Under the pieces are notes generated by a model. That model was not told the DNA's origin. It did no database searches and was given only the letters and a program-made list of their open reading frames with translations. A DNA stretch of 64,000 bases, taken from contig OZ024741.1 of NCBI GenBank assembly GCA_964016885.1, forward strand, positions 19,902,001-19,966,000, read 5' to 3'. The stretch is from Eledone cirrhosa (taxonomy: Eukaryota). This document shows positions 14,184-28,699 of this stretch, piece after piece (within the stretch, counting starts at the first letter, position 1; the number at the start of each line of letters is the position of its first letter). The position numbers and the translations under genes were made by a program.

Positions 14184-14474
14184 CAGTCCTGGACAACCTG
14201 CGGCCCGCGAAGCTTTCTGAATGGTTCACCTAGGTCACCTAAGGGAAATCTTTCTGATTTTTTTTACCCCAACTATTCAGTTGTAATTTATCTTTCTATC
14301 ATTTTTACGATCGATGAAAACAACGTGTACGAATTCTGAAGAAACAAATCAAAACAACCTGAGTTACATCCCTTTTTTTAATGTGGGCACGAATGTAAAT
14401 TAGTGCTTGCGGCCCGCCTGATGATGAACCATATCTCATGCGGCCTTCTTCTCGAAAAAGGTTGCCCATGCATG
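14184..14474. mobile_element. hAT (Charlie-type) non-autonomous DNA transposon/MITE
   Basis: Imperfect TIRs CAGTCCTGGACAACCT / AGGTTGCCCATGCATG, internal GCGGCCC motifs, and a perfect 8-bp TSD TTCTAGAT at 14176-14183 and 14475-14482. Confidence 0.85.
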
Positions 14475-14555
14475 TTCTAGATGCAGTGATTGTTGTTGGC
14501 GTGAAATACAGTTATTTGTAAAGCAGACAACAGCTTTGTAATTGGTGGCTTGTTA

Positions 14556-17500
14556 GAGGTGACATTACCGCCAGGTGAGGTGACATTACTGTCAGGTGAG
14601 GTGACATTACTGTCAGGTGAGGTGACATTACTGTCAGGTGAGGTGACATTACCGCCAGGTGAGGTGACATTACTGTCAGGTTAGGTGACATTACTGTCAG
14701 GTGAGGTGACATTACTGCCAGGTGAGGTGACATTACTGTCAGGTTAGGTGACATTACTGTCAGGTGAGGTGACATTAGTCAGGTGAGGTGACATTACTGT
14801 CAGGTGAGGTGACATTACTGTCAGGTGAGGTGACATTACTGTCAGGTGAGGTGACATTACTGTCAGGTGAGGTGACATTACTGTCAGGTGAGGTGACATT
14901 ACCGCCAGGTGAGGTGACATTACCGCCAGGTGAGGTGACATTACTGTCAGGTGAGGTGACATTACTGTCAGGTGAGGTGACATTACTGTCAGGTGAGGTG
15001 ACATTAGTCAGGTGAGGTGACATTACTGTCAGGTGAGGTGACATTACCGCCAGGTGAGGTGACATTACTGTCAGGTGAGGTGACATTACTGTCAGGTGAG
15101 GTGACATTACCGCCAGGTGAGGTGACATTACTGTCAGGTGAGGTGACATTACTGTCAGGTGAGGTGACATTACCGCCAGGTGAGGTGACATTACTGTCAG
15201 GTGAGGTGACATTACTGTCAGGTGAGGTGACATTAGTCAGGTGAGGTGACATTACTGTCAGGTGAGGTGACATTACTGCCAGGTGAGGTGACATTACCGC
15301 CAGGTGAGGTGACATTACTGTCAGGTGAGGTGACATTACTGCCAGGTGAGGTGACATTACCGCCAGGTGAGGTGACATTACTGTCAGGTGAGGTGACATT
15401 AGTCAGGTGAGGTGACATTACTGTCAGGTGAGGTGACATTACTGTCAGGTTAGGTGACATTACTGTCAGGTGAGGTGACATTACTGTCAGGTGAGGTGAC
15501 ATTACTGTCAGGTGAGGTGACATTACCGCCAGGTGAGGTGACATTACTGTCAGGTGAGGTGACATTACTGTCAGGTGAGGTGACATTACTGTCAGGTGAG
15601 GTGACATTACTGTCAGGTTAGGTGACATTACTGTCAGGTGAGGTGACATTACTGTCAGGTGAGGTGACATTACTGTCAGGTGAGGTGACATTACCGCCAG
15701 GTGAGGTGACATTACTGTCAGGTGAGGTGACATTACTGTCAGGTTAGGTGACATTACTGTCAGGTGAGGTGACATTACTGTCAGGTGAGGTGACATTACT
15801 GTCAGGTGAGGTGACATTACCGCCAGGTGAGGTGACATTACTGTCAGGTGAGGTGACATTACTGTCAGGTGAGGTGACATTACCGCCAGGTGAGGTGACA
15901 TTACTGTCAGGTTAGGTGACATTACTGTCAGGTGAGGTGACATTACTGTCAGGTGAGGTGACATTACTGTCAGGTGAGGTGACATTACCGCCAGGTGAGG
16001 TGACATTACCGCCAGGTGAGGTGACATTACTGTCAGGTGAGGTGACATTACTGTCAGGTGAGGTGACATTACTGTCAGGTGAGGTGACATTACCGCCAGG
16101 TGAGGTGACATTACCGCCAGGTGAAGTGACATTACTGTCAGGTGAGGTGACATTACTGTCAGGTGAGGTGACATTACTGTCAGGTGAGGTGACATTACTG
16201 TCAGGTGAGGTGACATTACTGTCAGGTGAGGTGACATTACTGTCAGGTGAGGTGACATTACCGCCAGGTGAGGTGACATTACTGTCAGGTGAGGTGACAT
16301 TACTGTCAGGTTAGGTGACATTACTGTCAGGTGAGGTGACATTACTGTCAGGTGAGGTGACATTACTGTCAGGTGAGGTGACATTACTGTCAGGTGAGGT
16401 GACATTACCGCCAGGTGAGGTGACATTACCGCCAGGTGAGGTGACATTACTGTCAGGTGAGGTGACATTACTGTCAGGTTAGGTGACATTACCGCCAGGT
16501 GAGGTGACATTACCGCCAGGTGAGGTGACATTACTGTCAGGTGAGGTGACATTACTGCCAGGTGAGGTGACATTACTGTCAGGTGAGGTGACATTACCGC
16601 CAGGTGAGGTGACATTACTGTCAGGTTAGGTGACATTACTGTCAGGTGAGGTGACATTACTGTCAGGTGAGGTGACATTACTGTCAGGTGAGGTGACATT
16701 ACTGTCAGGTGAGGTGACATTACCGCCAGGTGAGGTGACATTACCGCCAGGTGAGGTGACATTACTGTCAGGTGAGGTGACATTACTGTCAGGTTAGGTG
16801 ACATTACTGTCAGGTTAGGTGACATTACTGTCAGGTGAGGTGACATTACTGTCAGGTGAGGTGACATTACTGTCAGGTGAGGTGACATTACTGTCAGGTG
16901 AGGTGACATTACCGCCAGGTGAGGTGACATTACTGTCAGGTGAGGTGACATTACTGTCAGGTGAGGTGACATTACTGTCAGGTGAGGTGACATTACTGTC
17001 AGGTGAGGTGACATTACCGCCAGGTGAGGTGACATTACCGCCAGGTGAGGTGACATTACTGTCAGGTGAGGTGACATTACTGTCAGGTGAGGTGACATTA
17101 CCGCCAGGTGAGGTGACATTACTGTCAGGTGAGGTGACATTACCGCCAGGTGAGGTGACATTACTGTCAGGTGAGGTGACATTACTGTCAGGTTAGGTGA
17201 CATTACTGTCAGGTGAGGTGACATTACCGCCAGGTGAGGTGACATTACTGTCAGGTGAGGTGACATTACTGTCAGGTTAGGTGACATTACTGCCAGGTGA
17301 GGTGACATTACCGCCAGGTGAGGTGACATTACTGTCAGGTGAGGTGACATTACCGCCAGGTGAGGTGACATTACCGCCAGGTGAGGTGACATTACTGTCA
17401 GGTGAGGTGACATTACTGTCAGGTTAGGTGACATTACTGCCAGGTGAGGTGACATTACCGCCAGGTGAGGTGACATTACTGTCAGGTGAGGTGACATTAC

Positions 17501-19202
17501 TGTCAGGTTAGGTGACATTACTGTCAGGTGAGGTGACATTACCGCCAGGTGAGGTGACATTACTGTCAGGTGAGGTGACATTACTGTCAGGTGAGGTGAC
17601 ATTACCGCCAGGTGAGGTGACATTACTGTCAGGTGAGGTGACATTACTGTCAGGTGAGGTGACATTACTGTCAGGTGAGGTGACATTACTGTCAGGTGAG
17701 GTGACATTACTGTCAGGTGAGGTGACATTACTGTCAGGTGAGGTGACATTACCGCCAGGTGAGGTGACATTACTGTCAGGTGAGGTGACATTACCGCCAG
17801 GTGAGGTGACATTACTGTCAGGTGAGGTGACATTACTGTCAGGTTAGGTGACATTACTGCCAGGTGAGGTGACATTACCGCCAGGTGAGGTGACATTACT
17901 GTCAGGTGAGGTGACATTACTGTCAGGTGAGGTGACATTACCGCCAGGTGAGGTGACATTACCGCCAGGTGAGGTGACATTACTGTCAGGTGAGGTGACA
18001 TTACTGTCAGGTGAGGTGACATTACTGTCAGGTGAGGTGACATTACCGCCAGGTGAGGTGACATTACTGTCAGGTGAGGTGACATTACTGTCAGGTTAGG
18101 TGACATTACTGTCAGGTGAGGTGACATTACTGTCAGGTGAGGTGACATTACTGTCAGGTGAGGTGACATTACTGTCAGGTGAGGTGACATTACCGCCAGG
18201 TGAGGTGACATTACCGCCAGGTGAGGTGACATTACTGTCAGGTGAGGTGACATTACTGTCAGGTTAGGTGACATTACTGTCAGGTGAGGTGACATTACTG
18301 TCAGGTGAGGTGACATTACTGTCAGGTGAGGTGACATTACCGCCAGGTGAGGTGACATTACCGCCAGGTGAGGTGACATTACTGTCAGGTTAGGTGACAT
18401 TACTGTCAGGTGAGGTGACATTACTGTCAGGTGAGGTGACATTACTGTCAGGTGAGGTGACATTACCGCCAGGTGAGGTGACATTACCGCCAGGTGAGGT
18501 GACATTACTGTCAGGTGAGGTGACATTACTGTCAGGTTAGGTGACATTACTGTCAGGTGAGGTGACATTACTGTCAGGTGAGGTGACATTACTGTCAGGT
18601 GAGGTGACATTACTGTCAGGTGAGGTGACATTACCGCCAGGTGAGGTGACATTACCGCCAGGTGAGGTGACATTACTGTCAGGTGAGGTGACATTACTGC
18701 CAGGTGAGGTGACATTACCGCCAGGTGAGGTGACATTACCGCCAGGTGAGGTGACATTACCGCCAGGTGAGGTGACATTACTGTCAGGTGAGGTGACATT
18801 AGTCAGGTGAGGTGACATTACTGTCAGGTGAGGTGACATTACCGCCAGGTGAGGTGACATTACCGCCAGGTTAGGTGACATTACCGCCAGGTGAGGTGAC
18901 ATTACCGCCAGGTGAGGTGACATTACCGCCAGGTGAGGTGACATTACCGCCAGGTGAGGTGACATTACTGCCAGGTGAGGTGACATTACCGCCAGGTGAG
19001 GTGACATTACCGCCAGGTGAGGTGACATTACCGCCAGGTGACATTACCGCCAGGTGAAACATTGGTAGTTTGTTAGAGGTGACATTACTGTCAGGTGAGG
19101 TGACATTACTCTCAGGTGAAACATTGGTAGTTTGTTAGAGGTGACATTACCGCCAGGTGAAACATTGGTAGTTTGTTAGGGGTGACATTACTGTCAGGTG
19201 AA
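14556..19202. repeat. 21-bp minisatellite (GGTGAGGTGACATTACTGTCA)n, about 220 units
   Basis: Direct tandem array with TGT/CGC/TGC and GAG/TAG variants and occasional 19-bp units. Confidence 0.97.
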
Positions 19203-19689
19203 ACCCACTCTCGTCACGACTAGTGATGTTACCCTCTTAGTGTCTCTTGACGTGCTAGAAGTAACTACCAAAATATTCTGCATGCCAAACTTCACAGGCT
19301 TAAAGATAATACATGTGTTAAAGATAACACATAGTATAATGAAGTTAGGGTTACATAATTAGATAACTCAGGTACTAGAGTAAATAATACGGTGAAGGTC
19401 AAGAAACTCTGAAAACCAGGAAACCTTGTAAAATGGAAGGAAATCTGTGCAATTAAATTTTACCATATGATGTGTAATTAAATTTGTGTACCGGAACTAG
19501 TGGATAAAAGCAATGTATTTTAATTAGAGATTTGGGGATCGTTATAATTACTCGCGTAACCTGCTAATGAATGATATAATATTTATGAACTATATTCTGG
19601 TTCTGTTCTTAATATCAATTCCACAATGTAGTATTATATTACATAAACAGAAAAAATTTAATACAGAAATATATAGAACTATAAAGATT

Positions 19690-19935
19690 CAATAAACCCA
19701 TTGTAAACTTTTAATGATCATAAAACCCATTTGCTAAAATATAAATACAATAAGATTCATAAAATGAATTTCCTAAAATTCAAATACAAAACCATAGTAA
19801 AATTCTAATGATGATAAAATCCATTTGCTAAAATATAAATACAATGAGATTAATAAAATTCATTTCTTTTCAAATTCAAATACAACAAAATTTATGGGAT
19901 AAATTTAATGATCGTAAACGCCATTTGCTAAAATG
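19690..19935. repeat. Imperfect ~100-bp AT-rich tandem repeat (~2.5 copies)
   Basis: CCATTTGCTAAAAT recurs at ~19727, ~19821 and ~19921. Confidence 0.6.
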
Positions 19936-20487
19936 AACAATTAAAAATATCTGAAAGAACCTCTAATTAAAGTTTCTTGTTCCCAAACGTCAGGTGAACA
20001 GTGATAACCAATAGTTCGTTGGCGAATATATAGGGGAGTATCGCAGTGGAGCTACTCAGTGGTTTTAGATAGTTCAAAGGCTGGATTTAAAATATATGTG
20101 GATTTAGTGTGTATGTGTAGAGAGATGTGTGAAAGCATTTCAGCTGGTTACTTTCTTCTCAACTTTCTTTCAAAGGATTGTAAATACTTAGACAAACTAC
20201 TACGATTGGTTGAAGTTTATGATAGCCTTTCAGTGAATGGGAATCAAATTGTAATTCAAGTGACTATACTGAGTATACTGGAGCAACCCAGGAATCGAAC
20301 CGACGACATTATGATCGTAAGTCGAACACCGTTACCAATAGGCCATGCGCCAGGTGTAATGGATTGATGGAATATTTTAAAGAACTGGACGAGACGCTAT
20401 ATGTTATCTAATCGGGTTCTGTGCGTTCTGAATACAAATCCCGTATCAGAATCGGAAAGACAAATGAAATCAAAATATTCTTGATAC

Positions 20488-20552
<65 letters not shown>

Positions 20553-20556
<4 letters not shown>

Positions 20557-22876
20557 AGTAGTCCTAATGGAGACAGAATTGTATATCAACTTAGCGCTCT
20601 CCACTTTGGAAAACGAAACATACTACGAAAAGGCTGAACACTACAATCAACAGAAAATTATGAGAAGCCTAAAAACTCTGATCAACCAATACAAAGAAGG
20701 ACTCACTAACAAGGAATTCAGCTTCATCACAGACTTCACAAGTAAATCCAGCCTTTTCTACGGTATCCCTAAAGTACATAAAAGCGAATTAATAAGTAAG
20801 GCATGCAAGGAAGCCACAGACATAGTCATCAATGTCCCCTCACCCAATGATCTCAAATTAAGACCTATAATAGCAGGCCCCGCTTGCGAAACCCACCGCC
20901 TTAGCAACTTCATTGATACCCTTCTCAAACCCTTCCTCAAACACATCAAAAGCTATATAAGGGACAACCTAGATATGCTCAATCACCTCCCTAATATGCC
21001 CCTTTCTGAACAAACCCTACTAGTGACGTTCGATGTAGTCAACCTATATTCCAACATCCCCCACAACCTAGGAATAGAAGCTATCCAATTCTGGCTGGAT
21101 AATTACCACAATGAACTCCCACAACGCATCAACAAAGAATTCGTGATAGAGGGACTCAAATTTATCTTGGAGAACAATTACTTCGTTTTAATAACAAACC
21201 CCACAGGCAGAAATCTGGGACAGCTATGGGAACGAAAACAGCCCCCACTTATGCCAACCTAGTCATGGGATACCTGGAAATCACCCTCTACACTAAAGTA
21301 CTAAACACATTTGGAAACACTCTCCACTTACACATAGAAAGGAACTGGAAGCGATATCTAGATGACTGCTTCATCCTTTGGCACGAAAACATCGAGAAAC
21401 TTAAAGAATTTCACACCCTTAGAAATGGGCTCAACACGAATATTAACTTCACGATGGAATACAGCCATCAACAACTCCCCTTCCTCGACATCCTCATTAA
21501 GATTCATAACAAAAAAATAGAAACAGACATATACTACAAGCCCACAGACTCCAAGCAATATCTTCCTTTCAACTCTTGCCACCCTAGACACGTTAAAATT
21601 AATATTCCCTACAACTTAGTCAAGAGAATCTGTACTATAGTCTCCAATAAAAACACCTGTTACTTACGGCTACAAGAACTAAAGGACACACTCATAGGCA
21701 GGGACTACCCTGCATCACTAATTGACAATGGAATCCAACGTGCCATAAAACTCAGTACCCAGGACCTTAGACACCCTAAAGTAAATCAACCGAAACTAAA
21801 AGCTCTTCCATACATCTCCACACACAACCCCTCAATAATGAGGCCTTTGACACCATCCTCCAGAATATCCCTATGTTAAAAAAGGACCATATAATGAACC
21901 AAATCATACGAACACACGATATCATAAAGAGCAAAAGACAATCTAAGTCAATGAAAAACACCCTAACACATGCCAAAGTACTGCCAACCACAACAACGAA
22001 ACCCACAGTAAAAAATGCGATAGACCCAACTGTGGCATATGCATCAACCTAATAGAGGGTTCGGAATTCTATTTCAAAGAAGGACAACGTTTTATAGTAA
22101 AACACAATTTCACATGCGCATCAGAAAATCTAATATATGTATTAACTTGCTCAGGTTGTCGAGAACAATACATAGGCCAGACCAAAAACAGCCTCCGCCA
22201 ACGCATGACTGTCCATAGATCCCAAATTAAAATACGGGAATACAGGAAAATACCACTGAGTGAACACATTGATACCTGTGCCGCCCAAAATCATCCCAAC
22301 TTCAGAATCTTTCCCCTCTACAAATTTAAAGATAATGCCAACCACACCCAGCGTATCAGCAAGGAATCTCACTTTATTAACAAATACGGACCCCGTCTAA
22401 ACACTTCTCCCTAAGACGAACCCACAACATACACACAACATACATACCTACATCAGCATACATCCTACATACATCTCTATCCACATATAAACACAATGAC
22501 ATACGTAAACACACATGTTCTATGGTGCAACACAAATATACACAAATTTGCATACCTTTTGATGTCTATAGATATAAACGTGCCGACACACACACATACA
22601 TATACGCACACATGCACTGCACACTGATGGGCACATACATATTTGTACACAAGTATTCCAATACGGCAAGGCCTAATGGATTCCCCTCGCAGTACGTACA
22701 ATCTGGAAACTCACACATACCTTGGTGTTATGCCAATACTATATATCATTTCACACCTTTTATTATTAAGGTTTTTGATGTTCTATTGAGAGAATCGTTT
22801 TTACTGAAAATATCGAATAATGTACACCATTGTTAACAGTATCACAAAATTACTGGTCCACCCACACACACACATT

Positions 22877-22934
<58 letters not shown>

Positions 22935-23101
22935 CACACACATACACACGCGTACATTAACATACAAAGAGACATATACACACACACACACTTCTCCGTA
23001 TAAGACAAGAGCTGAAAAATATCTTTTAACATGTTAAAATATCCCCCACAAACGAACAGACACATTCCTACTGACCGATCCCTCTACCACGAATTACTCT
23101 G

Positions 23102-23135
<34 letters not shown>

Positions 23136-23600
23136 TTGTCTTAATAGGCATTTGAACTGTCAGTAGGCTGCGGTTCGCACACACATCCCTGCTGACCATT
23201 ATCACAAAAACGAACCTCTTTACTACTACTACACACACACATATTTGTCTTGAAAGACTTATTTTTCAGTGACTTCTCAATCAGCCGAGACAAACCTACA
23301 TTTGGCGCAAAATCAATTTTTAACATTCACATGACCTCTACCGACCAATCAAAATTGTTTTGACCACAAGAATTTTTTCATACATCTGGAGCCACTTTTT
23401 TTACATAAAACAGGTAGAATTTCCAAAACTAATCAGATTAGAGCAAACATCACGGGCGCTCTATCTCAAAATTATTTTTGAAAAGCATTAGAAATGCGCA
23501 ACCGGTAAAACTTAAAACCAAAACTGAATACTAACCAATACTATTACTAATTTTTCAATGGGAACAATTTTGTCAGCATTTTCTTTTCCTTTTACTAATA
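20553..23600 (+). mobile_element. Penelope-like element (Neptune-type), RT plus GIY-YIG, frameshifted
   Basis: FYGIPKVHK, LRPIIAGP, FDVVNLYSNIP, MGTK.AP.YANL.MG, WKRYLDD, PFLD, YYKPTDSKQYL, then CDRPNCGIC..NLIYVLTCSGCREQYIGQT..RMTVH. Frameshifts near 21190, 21835 and 22010. ORF ends at 22414. Confidence 0.93.
23475..23510 (+). ncRNA. Degenerate U3:A8 hammerhead at PLE 3' end
   Basis: TTT-TTGAAAA-GCATT AGA AATGC-GCAA-CCGG-TA-AAA. Same architecture as 4540-4577, with GAAA changed to GCAA. Confidence 0.55.
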
Positions 23601-23656
<56 letters not shown>

Positions 23657-23734
23657 GGTTTGAGGTTCACCACTCGGGTCCTCGATTTTCAGCCCCATGG
23701 ATTTTATCTATTACATTCACGTATTATATTTTGA

Positions 23735-23792
23735 ATACCTGATGATATCACCGGATTCATACGGAACCCGGTCATTGAAATGATCATAGTAT
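23735..23792 (+). ncRNA. Minimal type I hammerhead ribozyme
   Basis: ATAC-CTGATGA-..ACCGG..CCGGT..-GAAA-TGATCA-TA-GTAT. Palindromic stem III. Confidence 0.75.
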
Positions 23793-23841
23793 AATAAACC
23801 TTTCAAGGATTTACACAAATCCAGCCTCCTGTCATTTCATT

Positions 23842-23893
<52 letters not shown>

Positions 23894-23904
23894 TATAGAG
23901 AGAG

Positions 23905-23994
<90 letters not shown>

Positions 23995-24067
23995 GTTTAT
24001 CCCGAGTTCAATCGGGGGTAACCACAATAAGTAAGGTACTCAATACAAAGCAGAGTATAAATATTTA

Positions 24068-24150
<83 letters not shown>

Positions 24151-24151
<1 letters not shown>

Positions 24152-24276
24152 TTAATATAGAAAAGCTTCTACAGGACTAGGACTGTTTCATTCGGGAGAA
24201 ATCATCAGGAAGCGCTTCCTGATGATTTCTCCCGAATGAAACAGTCCTAGTCCTGTAGAAGCTTTTCTATATTAAA
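24151..24276. ncRNA. Perfect 126-bp palindrome of two back-to-back hammerhead ribozymes
   Basis: Plus strand 24214-24262: GCTTC-CTGATGA-TTTC TCCC GAAT-GAAA-CAG..CTG-TA-GAAGC. Mirror copy on the minus strand. Symmetry axis at 24213/24214. Confidence 0.85.
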
Positions 24277-24286
24277 TATATATATG

Positions 24287-24363
<77 letters not shown>

Positions 24364-24379
24364 CAGAGAGAGAGAGAGA

Positions 24380-24417
<38 letters not shown>

Positions 24418-24736
24418 TGTGCGCATGTCTGTGTGTGTATGTATATGAATTCACGCATGATCCCCTACCTCCTGATGGAGTGGTAGGGAGACCGTATTGA
24501 CACATAGCGTTTCTATGGCATTTCTATAACCTGGCGGAGTTTAACTCCTCTCCAGGTTTGAATACACCAGATTTCTTCCAGATAAGGATAGAGAGAGAGA
24601 GAGAAAGAGATATAGAGGAGGAATCAACCCCAGTACTGGAATTCTACTCTGTTGGTCGATCTCAAAAGGATGAAAGGCAAAGTTTACCTCTGCGAGATTT
24701 GAACGCATAGAGCAGAGAGCTGGAATGAGTACTATA

Positions 24737-24794
<58 letters not shown>

Positions 24795-24823
24795 GATTGG
24801 TGCTCTGAAATAGCGATGTATAC

Positions 24824-25220
<397 letters not shown>

Positions 25221-25445
25221 AGTTAAAAACAAAAAACAAAAACAATAACGAAGAGTGCAGTACAAACAGTGTTAGTATTAGGTTCACGCTTTAGAGTAGC
25301 GGGTGGGAGACGACGTTTCGGGCATAAGCTCTTCATCAATATATATATATATATAAAAATTAAATGATGATATTAAAATTAATTCTGGGAGTATAAACAC
25401 AATATACAAAAATGTATTCTATCTAACTTTGCTTATACATAAATC

Positions 25446-25523
25446 TCCCTACCATGGTTTCATATGGGAACTATTATTGGAACCACCAATAATTGAAGAA
25501 TCTCTACCACACTCTTCATGGGA
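25446..25523 (-). ncRNA. Hammerhead ribozyme with C3A mutation, related to 1727-1803
   Basis: Reverse complement: TCCC-ATGAAGA-GTGTGG..CCATAT-GAAA-CCATGG-TA-GGGA. Confidence 0.6.
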
Positions 25524-25837
25524 ATTTATTTTTTCAAGTCTAAGAGAAATGGAACAAGATATAATACATACTGTTTCCTAAGCCGGGCAGCATGGTGAAA
25601 TAAAAATACACGTAGCGTTTCGTTCTCAAAATCTAGGATATTAGGGCCACTTGATAGGCTTATAGTGTCGCTAGAAATAGCAGCCTAAAGACTGTCTGGT
25701 ACAGCTCGACAAATTAAGGAGCAGTTTAATATTAATTGAAGGTTAATTAGTGTCTAATACTTAAACATCTCAATGAAAGAAATCTCTCAGAGAAGCAATA
25801 TTATATATTAAAATTGCATGACTAATTAACCTTTAAT

Positions 25838-25948
25838 TAATTGTTTCTACTATTGGCACAAGGCCAGCAATTATCCCAGTACATTACTGGTACTTTATTT
25901 TATCGACCCCGTAAGGATGAAAGGCAAAGTTAACCTCGGCGGGATTTT
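25838..25948 (-). mobile_element. Meta-like SINE fragment
   Basis: Reverse complement of GCCGAGGTTAACTTTGCCTTTCATCCTTACGGGGTCGATAAAATAAAGTACCAG. Also present at 24622-24722 (-) and 60248-60363 (-). Confidence 0.75.
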
Positions 25949-26019
25949 ATAAATAATGATATATCATCTGCATGTGTTATATGGTTGGGTGAACTGTTAC
26001 AGAGGGAGGAGGTGCTGGA

Positions 26020-27910
26020 GTAGTGGGGTGGCAAGTGTGGGTGGGGTGGCTGGTGTGGGTGGGGTGGCTGGTGTGGGTGAGTTGGCTGGTGTAGTGGGGT
26101 GGCTGGTGTAGGTGGGGTGGCTGATGTAGGTGAGGTGGCTGGTGTAGGTGGGGTGGCTGGTGTAGGTGGGGTGGCTGGTTTGGGTGGGGTGGCTGGTGTA
26201 GGTGGAGTGGCTGGTGTAGTGGGGTGGCTGGTGTAGTGGGGTGGCTGGTGTAGGTGAGGTGGCTGTTGTAGGTGAGGTGGCTGGTGTAGGTGGAGTGGCT
26301 GGTGTAGGTGAGGTGGCTGGTTTGGGTGGGGTGGCTGGTGTAGGTGGGGTGGTTGGTTTGGGTGGGGTGGGTGGGGTGGCTGGTGTAGTGGGGTGGCTGG
26401 TGTAGTGGGGTGGCTGGTGTAGGTGAGGTGGCTGGTTTAGGTGAGGTGGCTGGTGTAGGTGGGGTGGCTGGTGTAGGTGGGGTGGCTGGTGTAGGTGGAG
26501 TGGCTGGTATAGTGGGGTGGCTGGTGTAGGTGAGGTGGCTGGTGTAGGTGAGGTGGCTGGTGTAGGTGGGGTGGCTGGTTTGGGTGGGGTGGGTGGTGTG
26601 GCTGGTGTAGTGGGGTGGCTGGTGTAGTGGGGTGGCTGGTGTAGTGGGGTGGCTGGTGTAGTGAGGTGGCTGGTGTAGTGAGGTGGCTGGTGTAGTGGGG
26701 TGGCTGGTGTAGGTGGGGTGGCTGGTGTAGGTGGAGTGGCTGGTGTAGTGGGGTGGCTGGTGTAGTGGGGTGGCTGGTGTAGCTGAGGTGGCTGGTTTGG
26801 GTGGGGTGGCTGGTGTAGGTGGGGTGTCTGGTGTAGGTGAAGTGGCTGCTGTAGTGGGGGTGGCTGGTGTAGGTGGGGTGGCTGGTGTAGGTGGGGTGGC
26901 TGGTGTAGTGGGGTGGCTGGTGTAGGTGAGGTGGCTGGTTTGGATGGGGTGGCTGGTGTAGGTGGAGTGGCTGGTGTAGTGGGGTGGCTGGTGTAGGTGA
27001 GGTGTCTGGTGTAGGTGAAGTGGCTGGTGTAGTGGGGTGGCTGGTGTAGTGGGGTGGCTGGTGTAGGTGGGGTGGCTGGTGTAGTGGGGTGGCTGGTGTA
27101 GGTGGGGTGGCTGGTGTAGTGGGGTGGCTGGTGTAGGTGGGGTGTCTGGTGTAGGTGAAGTGGCTGGTGTAGTGGGGTGGCTGGTGTAGTGGGGTGGCTG
27201 GTGTAGGTGGGGTGGCTGGTGTAGTGGGGTGGCTGGTGTAGGTGGGGTGGCTGGTGTAGTGGGGTGGCTGGTGTAGGTGGGGTGGCTGGTGTAGGTGAGG
27301 TGGCCTGTGTAGGTGGGGTGGCTGGTGTAGGTGAGGTGGCCTGTGTAGGTGAGGTGGCCTGTGTAGGTGGGGTGGCTGGTGTAGGTGAGGTGGCTGGTGT
27401 AGGTGGGGTGGCTGGTGTAGTGGGGTGGCTGGTGTAGGTGAGGTGGCTGGTTTGGATGGGGTGGCTGGTGTAGGTGGAGTGGCTGGTGTAGTGGGGTGGC
27501 TGGTGTAGGTGAGGTGTCTGGTGTAGGTGAAGTGGCTGGTGTAGTGGGGTGGCTGGTGTAGTGGGGTGGCTGGTGTAGGTGGGGTGGCTGGTGTAGTGGG
27601 GTGGCTGGTGTAGGTGGGGTGGCTGGTGTAGTGGGGTGGCTGGTGTAGGTGGGGTGTCTGGTGTAGGTGAAGTGGCTGGTGTAGTGGGGTGGCTGGTGTA
27701 GTGGGGTGGCTGGTGTAGGTGGGGTGGCTGGTGTAGTGGGGTGGCTGGTGTAGGTGGGGTGGCTGGTGTAGTGGGGTGGCTGGTGTAGGTGGGGTGGCTG
27801 GTGTAGGTGAGGTGGCCTGTGTAGGTGGGGTGGCTGGTGTAGGTGAGGTGGCCTGTGTAGGTGAGGTGGCCTGTGTAGGTGGGGTGGCTGGTGTAGGTGG
27901 GGTGGCTGCT
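26020..27910 (+). repeat. G-rich 17-18-bp minisatellite (GGTGGGGTGGCTGGTGTA)n
   Basis: Tandem array with an internal ~510-bp higher-order duplication (TTTGGATGGGG variant at ~26939 and ~27451). Confidence 0.95.
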
Positions 27911-28188
27911 GGAGACTACTTCAGTGCTATTCTGAAGCCGCTCTCGTAGGACATTTGGATAGAGAAGTAGATTAGAAATACTTGCTGTCTAGTCTAGAGT
28001 GAAATTACTAAATGACGTCACGTAACAGATACATGTGTGACGTCATGTAACAGTAAACCATGTTTTGACTGGCTTGTTTGAATTTCTTGGTTGCTTTCTT
28101 CTTTCTTTGACTTCATTTCCAGTTTCTTAACTAATTATTTAATAATGATGATGAGAAGGAGGATTATGAATGGTGATGATGATGGTGT

Positions 28189-28260
<72 letters not shown>

Positions 28261-28699
28261 GGAGGAGGAGGAGGAGGAGGAGGAGGAGGAGGAGGAGGAG
28301 GAGGAGGAGGTGTGGATGGTAGTGATGTTGATGATGATGATCATTATGATGCGGATGATTATGATGATGATGATTATGATGATGATGTAGATGATGATGC
28401 TGATACAAATCAGGTTGTCTTCCTTTCAGTTTTAGTCCAGGATGTTTGTCTGTGTAACATCAGCCCCGTTACCAATATATGGTAGCAGCCCTCTATTGTG
28501 GGTTTCACTAAATATTGATAGAGTAGACAGCTGTTACGAGGTGAAGTATTCACTGCTTCTCAAATACATTAAAACACAATTAACCATTTTTATGTACACA
28601 CTATCTTTCCACACAATGTCATATGTCCCGTATGAAACAATAACTCGACCCGGTTTTGTTTTTTGTTTCTGACGAGAGGAACGGACTGTAGACGCAATG

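Noticed and set aside
15233-18799. 1188-aa ORF of (MSPHLTV)n
   Set aside because: By-product of a 21-bp (3n) tandem unit. The frame is broken by 19-bp units and there is no unique coding flank.
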